Of a stretch of 64,000 nucleotides of DNA, positions 32,047 through 48,636 are shown piece after piece. The notes under the pieces are model-generated. The model saw only the letters and a list, made by a program, of their open reading frames with translations, searched no databases and was not told where the DNA came from. The position numbers and the translations under genes are program-made. Positions within the stretch are counted from its first letter, which is position 1. Each line of letters starts with the position of its first letter. This stretch comes from the human T2T-CHM13v2.0 reference genome, Homo sapiens. Location: the NCBI RefSeq assembly GCF_009914755.1, contig NC_060938.1; one strand, given 5' to 3'.

Positions 32047-32490
32047 ATAGCAAAGACATGGAATCAGCCTAAATGTCCATCAGTGGTAGACTAGATAAAG
32101 AAAATGTGGCATATATGCACCGTGGAATATTATGCAGCCATAGAAAAGAATGAGATCATGTCCTTTGCTGGGACGTGGGTGGAGCTGGAGGCCATTATCC
32201 TTAGCAAACTAACACAGGAGCAGAAAATCAAATACCACATGTTCTCACTTATAAGTGGGAGCTAAATGGTGAGAACACATGGACACATAGAGGGGAACAA
32301 CAGACCCTGGGACCTTTGGGAAGGTGGAGGGTGGGAGGAGGGAGAGGATCAGGAAAAATAACTAATGGGTACTAGGCTTCATATCTGGGTGATAAAATAA
32401 TCTGTACAAAAAAACCCCCATGACGCAAGTTTACCTATGTAACAAACCTGCACACGTACCCCTGAACTTAAAAGTTAAAAAAAGAAAAGA
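32047..32490 (+). mobile_element. L1PA (older, about PA10-13) 3' end
   Basis: aaacctgcacacgtacccctgaacttaaaagttaaaaaaa terminus. Confidence 0.85.
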
Positions 32491-32899
32491 TTTTTAAAAA
32501 CAGCCCTCAATTTATCGGTATCTCATGTGATTTTACTGTGTCTTACCCTGATGATCACTGATGTGGAGCATCTTTCATTTGTTTATAGGCCATTTGTACA
32601 CATTAATTTATGAAGTGTCTGGATTTTTAAATTTTGTTGGTTGTGTTATTTATGAGTTGTAAAGGGTCTTTATAAATTCTAGATAGAAGCCCTTTATTTT
32701 CCCTCAGCCTATGGTTTGCCTTTTTGTAAATGACATTGTTCAAAGAGCAAAAGTTTTTAATTTTGATGGAGTCCAACTTAGCAATTTTTTTCTGGTATGG
32801 TTAATGCTTTTGTATATCCTAAGGTCACAAAAGATTGCTCTGAAGTTTTTCCTTGGGTATTCTATAGTTTAAAGTTTTACAGTTAGATTTAGGATTAAT

Positions 32900-33019
32900 T
32901 TATATATATGTAATTGATACATATATATAATTTATATATATGTATATATATACATATAATTTTTATATATGTATAGCTACATATATAAATTAATCAAAAT
33001 CATATATATGTGTATATGT

Positions 33020-33051
<32 letters not shown>
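32900..33051 (+). repeat. (TA)n-rich low complexity followed by (CA)n
   Basis: Direct reading. Confidence 0.92.
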
Positions 33052-34159
33052 TCAATGTGAGATAGAAGGGTTGATGTTTCTTTTCACAAATAGATACCCA
33101 TATGCTCAAGCATCAGTTTTTGAAAAGACTTTCATATTGAATTACGTTGGCACTGTTGTGAAAAAATAATAGACCATACTTGTGTGGCACTATTTCTGGA
33201 CTCTGTATTCTGCTTCATTGATTTATTGATCTATCCTTTTGCCAATAGCAAGTTGTCTTGATTTAATGTAGCTATATAATAAGTCTTAAAATCAGATAGG
33301 TGGGTCCCCCTACTTTGCTCTTCTTAAAAATTATTTTGACTACTCTAGGTCCTTTATGTTTTCTTAAACACTTCAGAGTCTACTTGTCAAACTTGACAAA
33401 AAATATCTGTTTGGATTGCTTTAAATCATTACACTGGTTGAGGGAAATTAGCATCTTAACAATATTGAGTCCTCTATTTTCTCTCAGTAATGTTTTAATG
33501 CTTTTAGTGTGAGAGTTTTGAATGCCTTTTGTTAAATTTACTTCTAAGTATTAGTGCATTTTGATGCTCTTTCTAAATGGAATTTTTAAAAAATTTCATT
33601 TGTAATTTGTTAGTAGAATATAAAAATAGAATTGATTTTTATATAATGACCTTGCCAAATTCACTAAGTAGTTCTCACAGTTGATTTTAGCTATAGGGTT
33701 TTAGTAGATTCCCTACACTCCTTTTCTTTCATGATTGAGAAATATCCATAGGATGGTGAAATTTTTTTTTTTTTATCAGAAATTGACAATAAATTCTGTC
33801 AGCATTGTTTTCTGTATGTGTTGAGATGATTATTTGGTTTTTCTTTTTTATTGTGTTAATTTGGTGAATTGCATCAACTTTAGTATCTTAAACCAACCTT
33901 GCCTCTCTAGGGTAAACCTTATGTGGTCATAATATATAATCCTTTAAATACATTATTGGATTTCTTTTTTTAATATATTGCTGAGGATTTTTTATGACTA
34001 TAATCATAAGAGATATTGGCATATGATTTTCTATACTTGTAATGTCTTTGTTAGAAGGAGTTTATATTAGGATTATGCTGGCCTCATAAAATGGGTTGAG
34101 AAATGTTCTTTCTTTCTCTTCTTTCTATAAGAGTTGTGTAGAGATTGGTACTATTTGAT

Positions 34160-35100
34160 ATTTATTGAACTCTATATCCCAAAACTGCAGAACACTCTTT
34201 TCAAGTGCATGTCATTATGATCAACTGTATGTCAAGGTACAGAGATAATAAAAGATACAGTATTGCATTGTGGGGTTGATAAACTGTGAAGTTAAATATG
34301 AGATGACAGTAACACAAAGGAGAGGGGAGGTAAATTATTTATGCTGTTGCAAAGTACAAATCATTGTAGAGTGGTATAATATTGTATAATGCAACGTGTA
34401 AATTTTGTAAATTGATATAACACTGGCTTAAAATAGACTGTGATTCACTTAGGACACAATCCCTAGAACAACCGTTGACAGAAGAAAATGAAAATAGGTA
34501 TAGCCAAAGAACTTAATAGACAAATTAAAATTGAATTCTAAGCAAACAGGTTATTAACACATGCATAAAGTAGTAAGAGCAACTGAAGATGAAAAAACAG
34601 ATGCAACAAATAGAAAACAAACAGCAAAATGACATACCTAAACCTAGCAATGTTCATACATTAAATGCAAATTAAATAAATATCTCACTTGAAAGTACAG
34701 ATTGTCAAAATGAAGAAGAAAGCAAGACCCAACTGTATTATAGCTATAAGAAGCATACATTAAATATAAACACAGACGGGTTGAAAATGAAAGAATTAAA
34801 AAATATGAGTTATGCAAACTGTGAGCATAAGGAAGCTAGTGCAGTTACATTAATATCAGACAAAGTAGACTTCAAGACAAGGAGTATTAGGAAAAAGAAA
34901 GAAGTATGTTTTGTAGTGGTAAAGTGGTCAATTCATCAAGAAGACACAAAATTGTAAGTGTGTATGCACCTATTAAGGGCTTCAAAATACATGGAGGAAG
35001 ACGTAACAAACTAAAAGGGGAAATAAAATTTCAAAATAAAAGTTAGAGATTTTAACACCTCTTTCTCAGTAGCTGCTAGAGCAATGAAAAAAAACAGCAA
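34160..35100 (+). mobile_element. Old L1M fragment (inter-ORF region and ORF2 endonuclease start)
   Basis: atatcagacaaagtagacttcaag, tcaattcatcaagaagac and gagattttaacacctct endonuclease-region remnants. Confidence 0.65.
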
Positions 35101-36609
35101 GTATATATATAATCTGTGTTCCCTTCTTTCAGAAATTGGATCTCCTCCAATTTCTGCCTGCTCTTGCTCACCATGCCTTCAAATAGTTGACTTAAAAAAT
35201 GTTGTTGTGAATTTATAATTTTTTACTTGTAGAGGGGTTAGTTTGAATCACTCTGCCATTATCAGAACCGGAATTTTCAATATTGTAACTTGTTGCCTAG
35301 TATAGTGCTTTGTATGTTACTAATTGTAATGGAAGATTTTCTATTTGACTCACTCATATTTAACTATTACAAGTGCCATCGCTTTGTTCCTATGTGAAAT
35401 GGAGTTGTCAAAACATCTCATACAAGGTTTGGGTGACAAAACAGATGTTTGCAGGAGGACCAGATGTTGATCTTTTTTCTGCCACTTACTAGCTATTTGA
35501 TTGTACTGAAGTCTCTTAAGTAGCCTCAGCCTTAGTTTCTCTATTTGAGGGGGGGATGAGGGAGAATGAAGGAGTTTGTTTACATCAGTGTTTTTAAAAC
35601 TTAATGTGTCAGAGTCTTCCTTCTCCCCCCAGCATAATCTTATGAAAATGTAAAGCATATTAAAACAAAATAGCCCTGATTGAAAAGGGTGCAGAGCCCA
35701 GCCTGTGCATTGCATCCCTTACACACCTCCACGTCTACGTTGGCATTGAAGCTCCTTTGGGGAACCTTAGACTTCCTCAGGGAATAGTCTGAAAAAAATC
35801 AAGACTGGGTAATTTATAAAACTCTTTTCCTAACTTGTTTGAGTCCGGGAATGGCCAGATTGTGCTTTTAGAAATGTGGCCGTTTTTCCTAGGGTCTAAT
35901 GTGGGCAGTTGTCATCTTTGATCTCCCTTCTGCTTTTTTTTTTATCCTTATTTCTATCCTTATCCAACCAACACAGGCAGCCATTTGCTGTGGATATTGG
36001 AGAAATCTCGTATCTAAGGGATTTCCTGAAATTGCAGTTGAAAGTAGCACTCGGGTACTGCACCACTGAGCACAACCCACCCCTACCTGTCTCTACTTCC
36101 CGTCTGTACGATGTGAGCAATACTTGCCTCCACTGCATTGCTCCTATGTGGGTGGGAAGGAATTAATAGGCTTGGAGCTACTCTGATCATTTATAATTTT
36201 TTTCTCCATCTGTAAAGTAGCAGCAGACAGGCTCAAGAAATCCTCTCTTTGCATCGCCAGTTGGTAATTTTGTTTCCTTAAAAGAAGCAACAAAATGAGC
36301 AGGTGTTGGGCACTTCCCACTTCCAGGCAGTGTTGTTAGCTCCTACAGAGCACTCCACCTCCAGGCTTGGGAAAAAGGATTGTAAGGTAAGGTGGGAAGT
36401 ACAACCCACACTATCAGCTTTATCTCCTCCTGCCTCAGCCCTTGTATTTTCCACCCTTCCACTACAACAACCCTAATGGTGAGTTCTCAAAGTCAGACCC
36501 TGGGAGAGGGCACATGCTTTCCTGTGCGTATAAATGCCAAGCTGGAGAAAAGGATTTCCACAAAGGGCAGTGACATGATGGGGGATGCTGATGAAGACGA
36601 TGAATATAA

Positions 36610-36845
36610 CAATAGTAGTTAAACATTTAAAAAGTATACCATATGCCAGACATATGCTAAGGCCTTTACGTGGCTTATCTCATTTAGTCTTCTCAACAAT
36701 TTTAAGAGGTAAGGGATATCAAAATGAGGACACTGAAGTTTAGAGAGATTAAAGGAACTTGCTTAGGTCCCAGACTCGCAAATATAATATCCCAGTTTTA
36801 AACTCTGTCAGCTTGGCTTCACATTCTGCACTCTTAACCACTCTA
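36610..36845 (-). mobile_element. MIR SINE
   Basis: atgaggacactgaagtttagagagattaaaggaacttgc. Confidence 0.7.
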
Positions 36846-37884
36846 GCCGTGGGTGATACTACTCCCAACAGCCAGTTTCTGTCATACTAAGACCCCACCA
36901 TCCCGTCTCTTTGGAAGATAAAGATGGAATTTCCTCTGCCCCTCCTTCAACTAGAAAAAAAATGATTAAAAATTAGAGAGAGGAACACTCTGGCTTCATA
37001 GCAATAGGAACTTGATATTGATAGGTCATTTTTGGATACCTTTCTGCCTGTCAAAGTCATTAACTGCCTGCCAGTGCAAGAAGCCCACAGTAGCACCTTG
37101 GTTGTGTGTTAATAAAGGGATGAAGGTGCCGGAGTACATGTATCAGAAAGATTGCGGGAGAGTCAGCTTTCTCTTTGGTGGCAGATGTTTAGATGATATC
37201 TGAGATCTGTCTGAATTCTGTGATTGAGTGAAATGAACAGTCTTTCAGCTTCAAGGTGTATCCACATTTACGATAATTGTGTAACTTTTTTTCTGTCACA
37301 TTAGCAAGTTAATTGGATGAAGAGGTAAAGATTTTAATAAAAATTTCTACTGTATTATTTCCTTGGTACTTAATGGGAAAGGGATTTGAACTTGGTATTT
37401 ATATGATGCTTCAGAAAATACTATCTTATTGCTGAAATAAGTGTCACAACTTAGATGAGACCTTGTGATTTTCAAAGATTAAGTTAAATGAAACCCACAT
37501 CAGCTATTTAGTTGGTAGCATAGATACATTGAAAGGCAAGTAGCTGGGATCTTGCAAATAGACAAGAGCCAAACTTTAAATTTGAAAAAAAAAAAAAAAA
37601 AAAAAAAAGAAAACACTGGGGAGAGATTGGAAAATGCTATGGAAAAACCATTGACTTGGAACATGGTAGACTTTAGATTGGTGCTTGTTTGGTGCGATGG
37701 TGGGCAAATCACTTCAGCTTTTTGGCTTTAGTTTTTCTGTGTGAAATAGAGGGAATAGATGCTCATGAAAATCTTTTCCAGCCCAATATATGTGATTTTA
37801 TTTTTCTGGTGATAAAACACAGTTGCATCCATTTTGTCCAGAATTTAAGAAGTTTTTTCCATGGGGAAACAGATGGTAGAGGGA

Positions 37885-38142
37885 GCGTAATGGACTATTA
37901 ATAACATGGACTTCGGAGCAAGACAGCTTGGGTTTGAATCTTGGCTCACTGCTTATAAACTGTTATGACTGTGGCAAGTTATTAACCTCATTGTGCCTTA
38001 GTTTCTTCATTCATAGCCTGGGGATAATAATAGTACCTACTTTCTTAGGTTATTGTGAGGGGTAAATAAGTTAACATATGTCAAGCAGTAGAACAATGCC
38101 TGGCATGTGATAAATGCTGCATAAAGGATTGCTTTTATTACT
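37885..38142 (+). mobile_element. MIR SINE (near full length)
   Basis: gggtttgaatcttggctc...ggcaagttattaacctcattgtgccttagtttcttcat. Confidence 0.8.
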
Positions 38143-39524
38143 GTAACAGTGCCACTATTGACTTCTATTGCTGCTCAGTGGCCTTTGCAAGAGATCGCAA
38201 GTTTCATTTTTAGACTGAGAATTCCCTGAGGTCCTTGGGGAGTGAGGCTTAGAATAGCACGTGTGGATGTGTTTATAATCCCACAAGGAACAATAAGCCT
38301 GTATGCACTCACATCTACACTACTACTGCCCTTTTCACTGCTCTGCTCTACCTTTATCCATCACAAAGAAAGCACTCTTCACAGGTTTCAGGGTGGAAGC
38401 AGGAGAGCTCCCTGAACCTTACTGTGAGGAGTAAGCTAGATAGGGCTTCAGCTTCCTAATGCAATGAAATCTGATGATATGCAGAGTGGTTAGGGACATA
38501 GATGCTACGCTTAAGTCCCAACTTTGGTAATGTCTTAAATTTGTTGCCTTATGACAAGTTACTTAACTTTTCTCTGTCTTTTGTTTCTATCTATATAATC
38601 AGAATAGAATTCCTACTTCATGGAATGGGTAGATGCAAAGTCCCAAGAAGGTAGCTGGTATATATGTTTAGTATATGGGAAATGTTATAACTACTGTATG
38701 ATTGTATATCAGGCAAGGAGAATTTTTGCTCTGTGGATGATCAATGGCTCACTGAAAAAAAATCAAGAACCATATACTAATAAATTAGTTGCAATTATTA
38801 ATTTTATAGATGGAAAGATATCCATGCATTGGCTAACTCATTTGAAATGGATGACTTATGACTACTTAAATTTTAAAAATTGGCCTAAAAATATAAATTA
38901 GAATGGAATCTCAGAGTTGGAAAGCACTCCAATTGTTGTCTAATCCAGACACCCCTCACATTCATGTATCTCCCCAGGTGCTTAGCTGGTCCTGTACTCT
39001 AAAGGTGGAAGTAGTTTGATTTTGTTCCTGTTGTCCCTGGATCTCTCCTATATGCATTGGTCCATCGCATCCTAGAGTGCTATGCCCAGCACATGGAGGC
39101 ATGAAGAGACTGGTCATTATGGTGGTTTTCTGATGGAATGGTATTTGCCTAGCTTATTGGAGTAATGCTGGGAAATCCAGTCTCTTCTGACACTTAGGTT
39201 TTCAAGCCCTACTGTGGCGTTAGATGCAGCCAATAGAATTAAGTGAGATGACAAAGATGTACTCTTATGTTCATGGAGAAGCTGCTCCATAAAAGAGAAG
39301 ATCAGTGAAAAACAAATCAAATGTTGATGCATGTCCAGCAGGAAGTTTGGAGTTGGAGAATTTTAGAGCTAGAAAAGACCTGGGAGATGATCCAGACCTT
39401 TAAAATGATCCAAAAACAAGGCATAAGAGAGATTAAGAGACTTGGCCACAGGACCTCCACTAGTTAATGTGAGTACACAGAGTGAGAGTTCTTTCCACCA
39501 CCTCTCTCTGATTCTCCAGCACTA

Positions 39525-39733
39525 TGATTAGAAATGTGGGTGCTAGAGACTGGCTGCTTTAAATCAGATCTTGGTTCTGCTCTTAATTGACGGTGTGATC
39601 TTCTGCCAGCTGTGTACTTCTCTCTGCCTCAGTTTTCTTGGAAAAATGGAAATAGTTGTAAAGGTTTTGTGTGTCGGGCACTTATGACAGTGCCTGGCAC
39701 ATAATGAGCACTCAGTAAGTGTGTTATTATTGC
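39525..39733 (+). mobile_element. MIR SINE
   Basis: ctctgcctcagttttcttggaaaaatgga...cagtgcctggcacataatgagcactcagtaa. Confidence 0.7.
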
Positions 39734-39984
39734 TAGTCTTCCAAAGAACCTCAGGAATGTCAGCTCTTAGACAAGCCAGAGAATACATGTTTTGACCAGG
39801 CTGGTGTTTAAAAGTATTTTCTCTCACTTGAAATATGGCTTTTTATTCCTTCCTGGCTTCTGACTCAGAAGTGATCTTCAGGACCCATCTGTGAATGAAC
39901 AACCATATTCTTCTCTGGAATCACTATTTGACTTTGGGATATAAAATGATGAAAAATTATTCCCCATTATTTATGGTTTCCAAT

Positions 39985-41950
<1,966 letters not shown>

Positions 41951-42029
41951 CAAAGGTTGGGTTGTTGATGCTGAGAAAGATTCAGAAAATTTCTAAATGA
42001 GTTAAAACACACACACACACACACAATGA

Positions 42030-42340
<311 letters not shown>

Positions 42341-42847
42341 GGGTCTCTTTTCAAAACTAGAAAGCTTTTGGAAAATAAAATCGTGTTGTAGATATTCCTT
42401 CTCCGAAGTGGGGATTGGCTATGTGTGTTTTAATAAATGAGATTAGATGAAGAGCATACATCCCATGGTCATTGACTAGAACTGCATATAAGGCAAATGT
42501 GCTGATAAACGTTCTGTTTCCAGTTATGAACACATTTAAGCAGCGTAACAAATCAGCAGGGCTGCCTGGCTCAACATGAGGGTTCATTATGATGATTATG
42601 GGTGTCCCAATGATTTGTCTTGGGTTCTAGCTATATACCGTATTTCTAATTACCTTCATGAGCATTCTTTGCTTTGGACTCAAATTTGTGTTGCAAAAGT
42701 GCTTTAAATTTTTTTTCTATCCAGTTTGAGTGTGCCTTCGTTCAAACTCATTGTCCACGTTCTTCTCTTCTGTTTTCCTGGAGAGTCTATCTCTGTATTC
42801 GAGCATATAGGCCACACAGGAGACTCATGGCTCTTGTTTACTCCCAG

Positions 42848-43060
42848 TCAACAGCTTTGGGGATGACGAAGAGCTGTCCACATCTTCTGACAGTGACGAG
42901 GAGGTGATCAAACAATTTGAGATTTCCGTGTCCCGGTCCCAGAGTTTCCGTTCAGTGACATCTGAGAAAGGAAAGCAGACAGGATTGGAGCAGAAACCAA
43001 AATTCAGCCGTTCGTTGTTGACACACGGAGAAGATGGCACAGAAGTATCTGCCTGCGAAG
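42848..43060 (+). CDS. SYT16: Synaptotagmin-16 internal coding exon (213 nt, phase 1 to 1): (V)NSFGDDEELSTSSDSDEEVIKQFEISVSRSQSFRSVTSEKGKQTGLEQKPKFSRSLLTHGEDGTEVSACE(D)
   Basis: Acceptor ttgtttactcccAG|TC, donor GAAG|GTATCC; translation overlaps ORF 42904..43089, matches the SYT16 protein as I recall it, and joins the next exon in frame (G|AT=Asp). Confidence 0.93.
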
Positions 43061-45526
43061 GTATCCTTTGCCTCACATCCTTTCTTTAGACCAGGGATGG
43101 CCAATGGTAAGAGTGCATCCGAATTATTCACCCTCTGCACTCTGCATCTGAGAGTCCAGAGAGGAAAAGAAAATGAGGCAGGATGCATTACGTGGAGCAA
43201 AGGGGCTGCTTTGAACCTCCCAAGGGGACTGCCATGCAGGAGGTTGAGAGAGGGAATGGATCAGGAGTGGGTGGGTCTCAATACTAGGTTGTGGGACCCC
43301 TTCCCTTTCTTTCTTATTGGCCACTTCTTCCTAAATTTAGAATAGTATTTGTTGAGCTTAGCAAATCTTGTTCCCTTTTGATAGATACGAAAATGTCACG
43401 TACTTGTCCACTGACATTGAGAGTCTGTGCCATTTCTCCCATTTAGAATCATAAAATAAGTTTTCCACATATCTGTATAACTCCGGAAGATATTTTGAAG
43501 CCTTTCTTCTAATTAGTTTGCATTACGAAATCAATGGGTATTTTTATCTTTCAAATAAAAAAAGTAGTGTAATAATATTAAATAACCTTTTTCAAACAGC
43601 ACATGCCCCTGCATCCTTACTCTCAGTCCCTGTAGTTTCTGACACACCCCACCTGCATGAAAATTACTGGGTAAGCACAAAGTCTTATGTCATTTTCCAG
43701 CATCATCATCCTAAATTTACATTTCACAAAGGGGAGGGGATACTCAAAGCTAGGGCAGCCAGCTTGGGATGTTGGGCAGACCTTGTTACAGGTCCTCCTC
43801 CCCTCTCTAACATTAGACCCAAAGTAACCTGGAGAGAGGGTGCAAACAGAACAGTACACTATTTCTTTGTGCTTTCCCAAGCAAAGGTCAAGGTATCTAT
43901 CTGACTCCTTCATGCCCAGAGCCCTGAATAGACAAAGCCATTGTAACAGGGAAGGGTCTGTGAAGTGTATTTGGTAAAAAAGCAAGAGAAAATGCTATGC
44001 CACCCACCTTCATGACCTGGTCTCAGTTACCTGAGCTCTCTAACCTTTCCTTCTTTCCTTTTGGGAAGGTGGTCAGTCAAATGAGGGCATAGCTGTAGAT
44101 GTTCCATATTTTCAAACCCAGACAGATAAAAAGGAGGGTGCAGAAATTGAGAGAAGATAAAACGGGAGAAATTTTGATTTCAGGATGAGCACAGGACAAG
44201 CAGACAGAATAAAGGATTAAAGAGGTGGAATTAACAAAAAGACCCCTAATTTTCAGCAGGAATAACTTGCTATCCATCATGTAGTCTGACTTATTGACAT
44301 AAGCCAACATCATGTATTTTATTGCCATTCTTTTTAGCTCAAATTAATAAGTAAAGGCCCTATATAACCAAACCACAACATCAGTGGCCGCTGACAGAGT
44401 CATTTGCCCACACCCCCTCTCTTGGCTTTTCTCTTTCTCTGATGTTACATCACAGCATTCCTTTCTCTCCATTGAGAGGGCAAATGTTAGCTAATGAAAG
44501 TTAATAGCAGTTGATTCCCTGAGAACAGCTTGTTTAATCCTAAAGCTAATGGCCCCATTTCCCAAAAGCCCAAGTGTCTGGCTTCTGATTTACACAAATG
44601 GCTGATGTTCTGAGAGTTCTGACAACCATTCTAACCCTTATCCTTCCTGGAACGAGCAACAAATTATCTCTTGTCCTAACTGGCAATTCTGAATTTTAGA
44701 CAGATGGTGATAGAAAAGGTTAAAGAGGAAAAAAATCTACTACATTGAATGAAGTACCTGTAGATTTTGAAGAAAATCAGCAGGATTTTCACAGAAATAG
44801 CCACATGCCAAACTTTAGGTTACCAGACGCCATGGAAATGTTAACATGGTTTTTATTGCTTGATTTTTTTTGTTCATCTTTATATCAGTGGATTTTTTTC
44901 AGTGGTAAAGAATCATGAAAAGATTAAGCATGCACTCCAGAGAGGAATTTTTTGGTATGCCTATTCTCTATTTAGCTGTTTTATTCCACTGTAAACATTG
45001 TTTTGTAAGATCAAATTTAGTTGTAGAAACAGTTCTTCCACTTTAAAAATGCATTCAAAAGTGCTGGACAGTGAAATTAAAGGGCCAAATCTAAGTAAAA
45101 TCTGAAACATGAGTGAGCTATTGGTAGGTTGTCTCATATTTCATCTTAAGTGAAATCCTTCATTCTAGATTCTGTGGTGAGGCTATTTAGAACCATGTTC
45201 CAGGCAAGTTCTCTTTTGTCCTGTGTATCTGATTTAGGATTATTGCACACTAATTGTCAATGCATTCCTGATAACGTTAAAGAGGGTTTTTGGTCTAAGT
45301 GGTCTGGATTGGAGGCCTGTATGCAAGGTCTTTAGACGTGAAAGGTTAGCTGTAGAATAATAGTCCATTTCCTGGGGCTTTTTCTTTTTTTCTAGCAGTA
45401 ACCTTATTTTTGTGTATGGAATAGTTATTCTGAGGATATTTCCTACAAGCTAGATGTTATTACTCTGGTGTCCTCAAAACCAGCTCAATTGTCTCCAGAA
45501 TGTGTACTTAGTTTTGTTTGAGATGG

Positions 45527-45997
45527 TATATCTGCCATGGTTCAATTGGAGAACTAGAATCAGCAGGATTACATGCATATATGTACATACAAAATGTACA
45601 TGTACATGCAAACACCTGCACATGCAGGGGTGTGTGTGTGTGTGTGTACCCCAAGAGATTCATTGCAAAGAATTGGGAAGGTGGTGGCTGGCTAGGTAAC
45701 AGAAATACACAGCCCCCATATTTGCGGTACAGGTTGTTGGGAAAGGTAGGGGGAAACTCTAGGCATGAGCTGAAGCTGTAGTTCTTAGGTTGAATTTCTT
45801 CTCCCGGGAACTTCAGTTCTCTTAAGGTCTTTCAGCTGACTGCTTATGTAGGATAATCTCCTTTGCTTAAAGTCAACTGATTATAGGCTTTAATCACATC
45901 TATAAAATACCTTCGCAGCAATACCTAGATTTAGTGTTTGATTGAGTAATTGGCACCTATAGTCTAGCCAAGTTGACGCATAAAACTTGCCATCACA
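45527..45997 (-). mobile_element. Old MLT2-family (MLT2E/F-like) LTR
   Basis: Ends agccaagttgacgcataaaacttgccatcaca; TSD GATGG both sides. Confidence 0.72.
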
Positions 45998-48379
45998 GAT
46001 GGTAAGCAGAAGTCTTTGTATTTGGGTGGTGATCGGGGAGAGAGGTTTGGGAGTATGAAAAAAGTATTTGAATAATGGGGTTTTATTCCATCAAAGTGGG
46101 ATATGAACTAAGCAAGTGGAAGAATTTCTCTGTTAAAATAAATTTGGTTGATGTGACATAGTTATGGCCTATAATTTCTAAGAAGCCAGGATACGTTTCT
46201 CTGACAACAGGCAATTACTTTTGTGCGTCTATTGAAGGTGTCATGATCTTCTTTAATTTAAAGGCACGGGAAGACTGCTTTATGGAAAGGTGAATCACCT
46301 TTCCCTTTCCTCCTCCTCGCAACTTGACTTGTACCCCAGATTTGCTTCTCTAATTCATTCCTTGCTTGTCTGTCATGGAAAATGGTTTGTTACATTAATA
46401 TCATTCTTATGTTTTTCAGTTATGAATAACTTTTCAAGGCTTAATGTAGCTTTTGAAAATTCTCTTATTACTGATCTTGGTATTATCACCGTAGGAGTTA
46501 AAGTCATGAGACAATTTTATGGGGATAATTTCTTGGCAAAGTAAAATTTTGTGCTGAAATCCTGCTGGGTTCTACACATGTTGATGGATGACCCACTGTT
46601 TAATAGGACATTTTCCTGTTCGCATATGTGAGGAATGGGTGTGCTAATTAGAGACTTAGAAGAAAATCCTGCTTTATGTTGTAGGTTTTTGCATGTGGAT
46701 TTTTCCTTGTTCTGTCATTTTGTGTGGCCTGTTTTTAGGATGTTTGCCAAATAACCGAAAGTCTGGATGTAAAAATTTTGTAATGTCCCATAAAAGTGTT
46801 TCCAAGGGGTCTGAACTGAATAATGAAGGATAACGAGGAAGATAGGGAACTTTCTCAATGGCCTGCTGTGATTTTACAAAACCCCATATTAGGAGTCTGA
46901 AGTTCTGCCCCGAGGATCTGCCTGAAGATGTTTTTGTATGGTCTGGTTGATAACATATTTTTAAAATTTGAATGCTTACTATACATGGGTCATGTACTCT
47001 GGTGAACCCCTGTCACCACCACTCATATTGCTGCATACCTGGCTGCTTTCAATATTTGCTACCTACCTAGACTTTAAAGTTCTCTGAAGGGTAAGTGATA
47101 ACGCATTGGCAGATAAAGACTATGCAGTAGATATATGTGGCTTAGTACCATCCAGAAGCTTACATTCTATTAATAGCTGAGGTATCAGACTAACAAGGGA
47201 AAACAATTGCTACCATACAATGTATATAGAAGAGCTTTATGACATAGACTTTGCCAACCCACGCCCTTGTCCTGTCTACATCTCTAGTTTTCTTTCATCC
47301 TGGGATGGGGTCTGCTGGAGGAGAAAAGAGGCCAAAGAGATAAGAGATCCTCAATTTCTCTTTGGGTGTGGGAGGCAAATAGTGGGGGCAGCTATTTCTT
47401 AGGAAGACCCTGCCAGCTTTTCCTGACCATCTGAGGACACTCTTGACATGTAGGAAGACGAAAGGGATGAATGGAGGTGAGGGGTGCTGAGAGAGAAAAG
47501 TGTGGAGACTGAAGGAGTCAGGGAAGTCTCAGGAGTTGTTGGTGCTTTGTATGGGGAGGGAGGACAGGACACAGGGAGGGTTTGAGGGGCACTGTGAGCA
47601 GAAATACACAGCTAGTATTTTCATAAACCAGTGAGACCAGAGGAATGAGACATGGTCACTTGGGAAGCAGTGGAAAATGGGGTTGGATGGGTTGGATGAG
47701 GCCAGTTCAGGCCAGGCAGGTAAGCAAGCCTAATATTTACGGAAGGCCTTGCTGGCTGCCAGGTGAATATTATTTCATGTGTCCACAGTGACCCTCTGAT
47801 GGCTTTTATCATTTTTTAGATAAAGAAGCAAAGATTCAGAGAATTTGAATATTGTCCGGGTTCTTATGGCAGAGACAGGATTTAAACTCGGATCATACCA
47901 ATCCAAGACCATGGATCAAGGAGAGAACTTTTTACTTGGTAGGATCACCAAAGCTTTTTGAGCAGAGGGTAATGTGGTAAACACTGAAGAGGAAAGGAAG
48001 CATGGTAGAGTCGGGAGACCATACGATCTCCATATTAGATGACTCTTTTTGCTTTTAGATCCATTGCAGAAGTCTTGTGGTCATTAGCTCCAGCAAAATG
48101 CTGTGTCGATTTTATCCTTTTGACATAAATATATATTCTCTACACTCATATTTAAAAAGTATTAAGCCTTCTGATACGCCACATAATGAGATAATGTTCT
48201 TTTTCATTTTATGGATCAAGTTTCTTCACTGTATGGATAGAATTATGTTTCTGCAGGTATTATTGGTATGGGTTCTGTTTCTGCAATCTTGATTGTTGTG
48301 ACTGCAATTACTCAATTTCTCTAGGTAAAAAGGTGTTAAAAATAATGCATTTGAAATGGTTTTCTTATTGCAAATTTAG

Positions 48380-48636
48380 ATTTGGATGGAGCCAGCCAAC
48401 GGCGTTATTCTGAGAATCTCTCCTACGGTGAAGATGACCACATCCCTGCTCACTCACAGTCCCCATGTGAAAGAGGGGATGCCAAACACCACGGCACATC
48501 TCACCAAGAGTCCAGTGTGGTCCAAAGCCTCAGGCGCCAATCCACAGAGGGCAGCTTGGAGATGGAGACAGCTTTTAATAGCCGGGGATTTGAAGATTCC
48601 TATGCCACTGACAGCTCCTCCATGTGGAGTCCAGAG
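48380..48636 (+). CDS. SYT16: SYT16 internal coding exon (257 nt, phase 1 to 0): DLDGASQRRYSENLSYGEDD...DSSSMWSPE; ends at a GC donor
   Basis: Acceptor tttcttattgcaaatttAG|AT; ORF 48382..48852; the protein continues SPE|EQDR into the next exon when spliced at GAG|GCAAGT. Confidence 0.92.
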
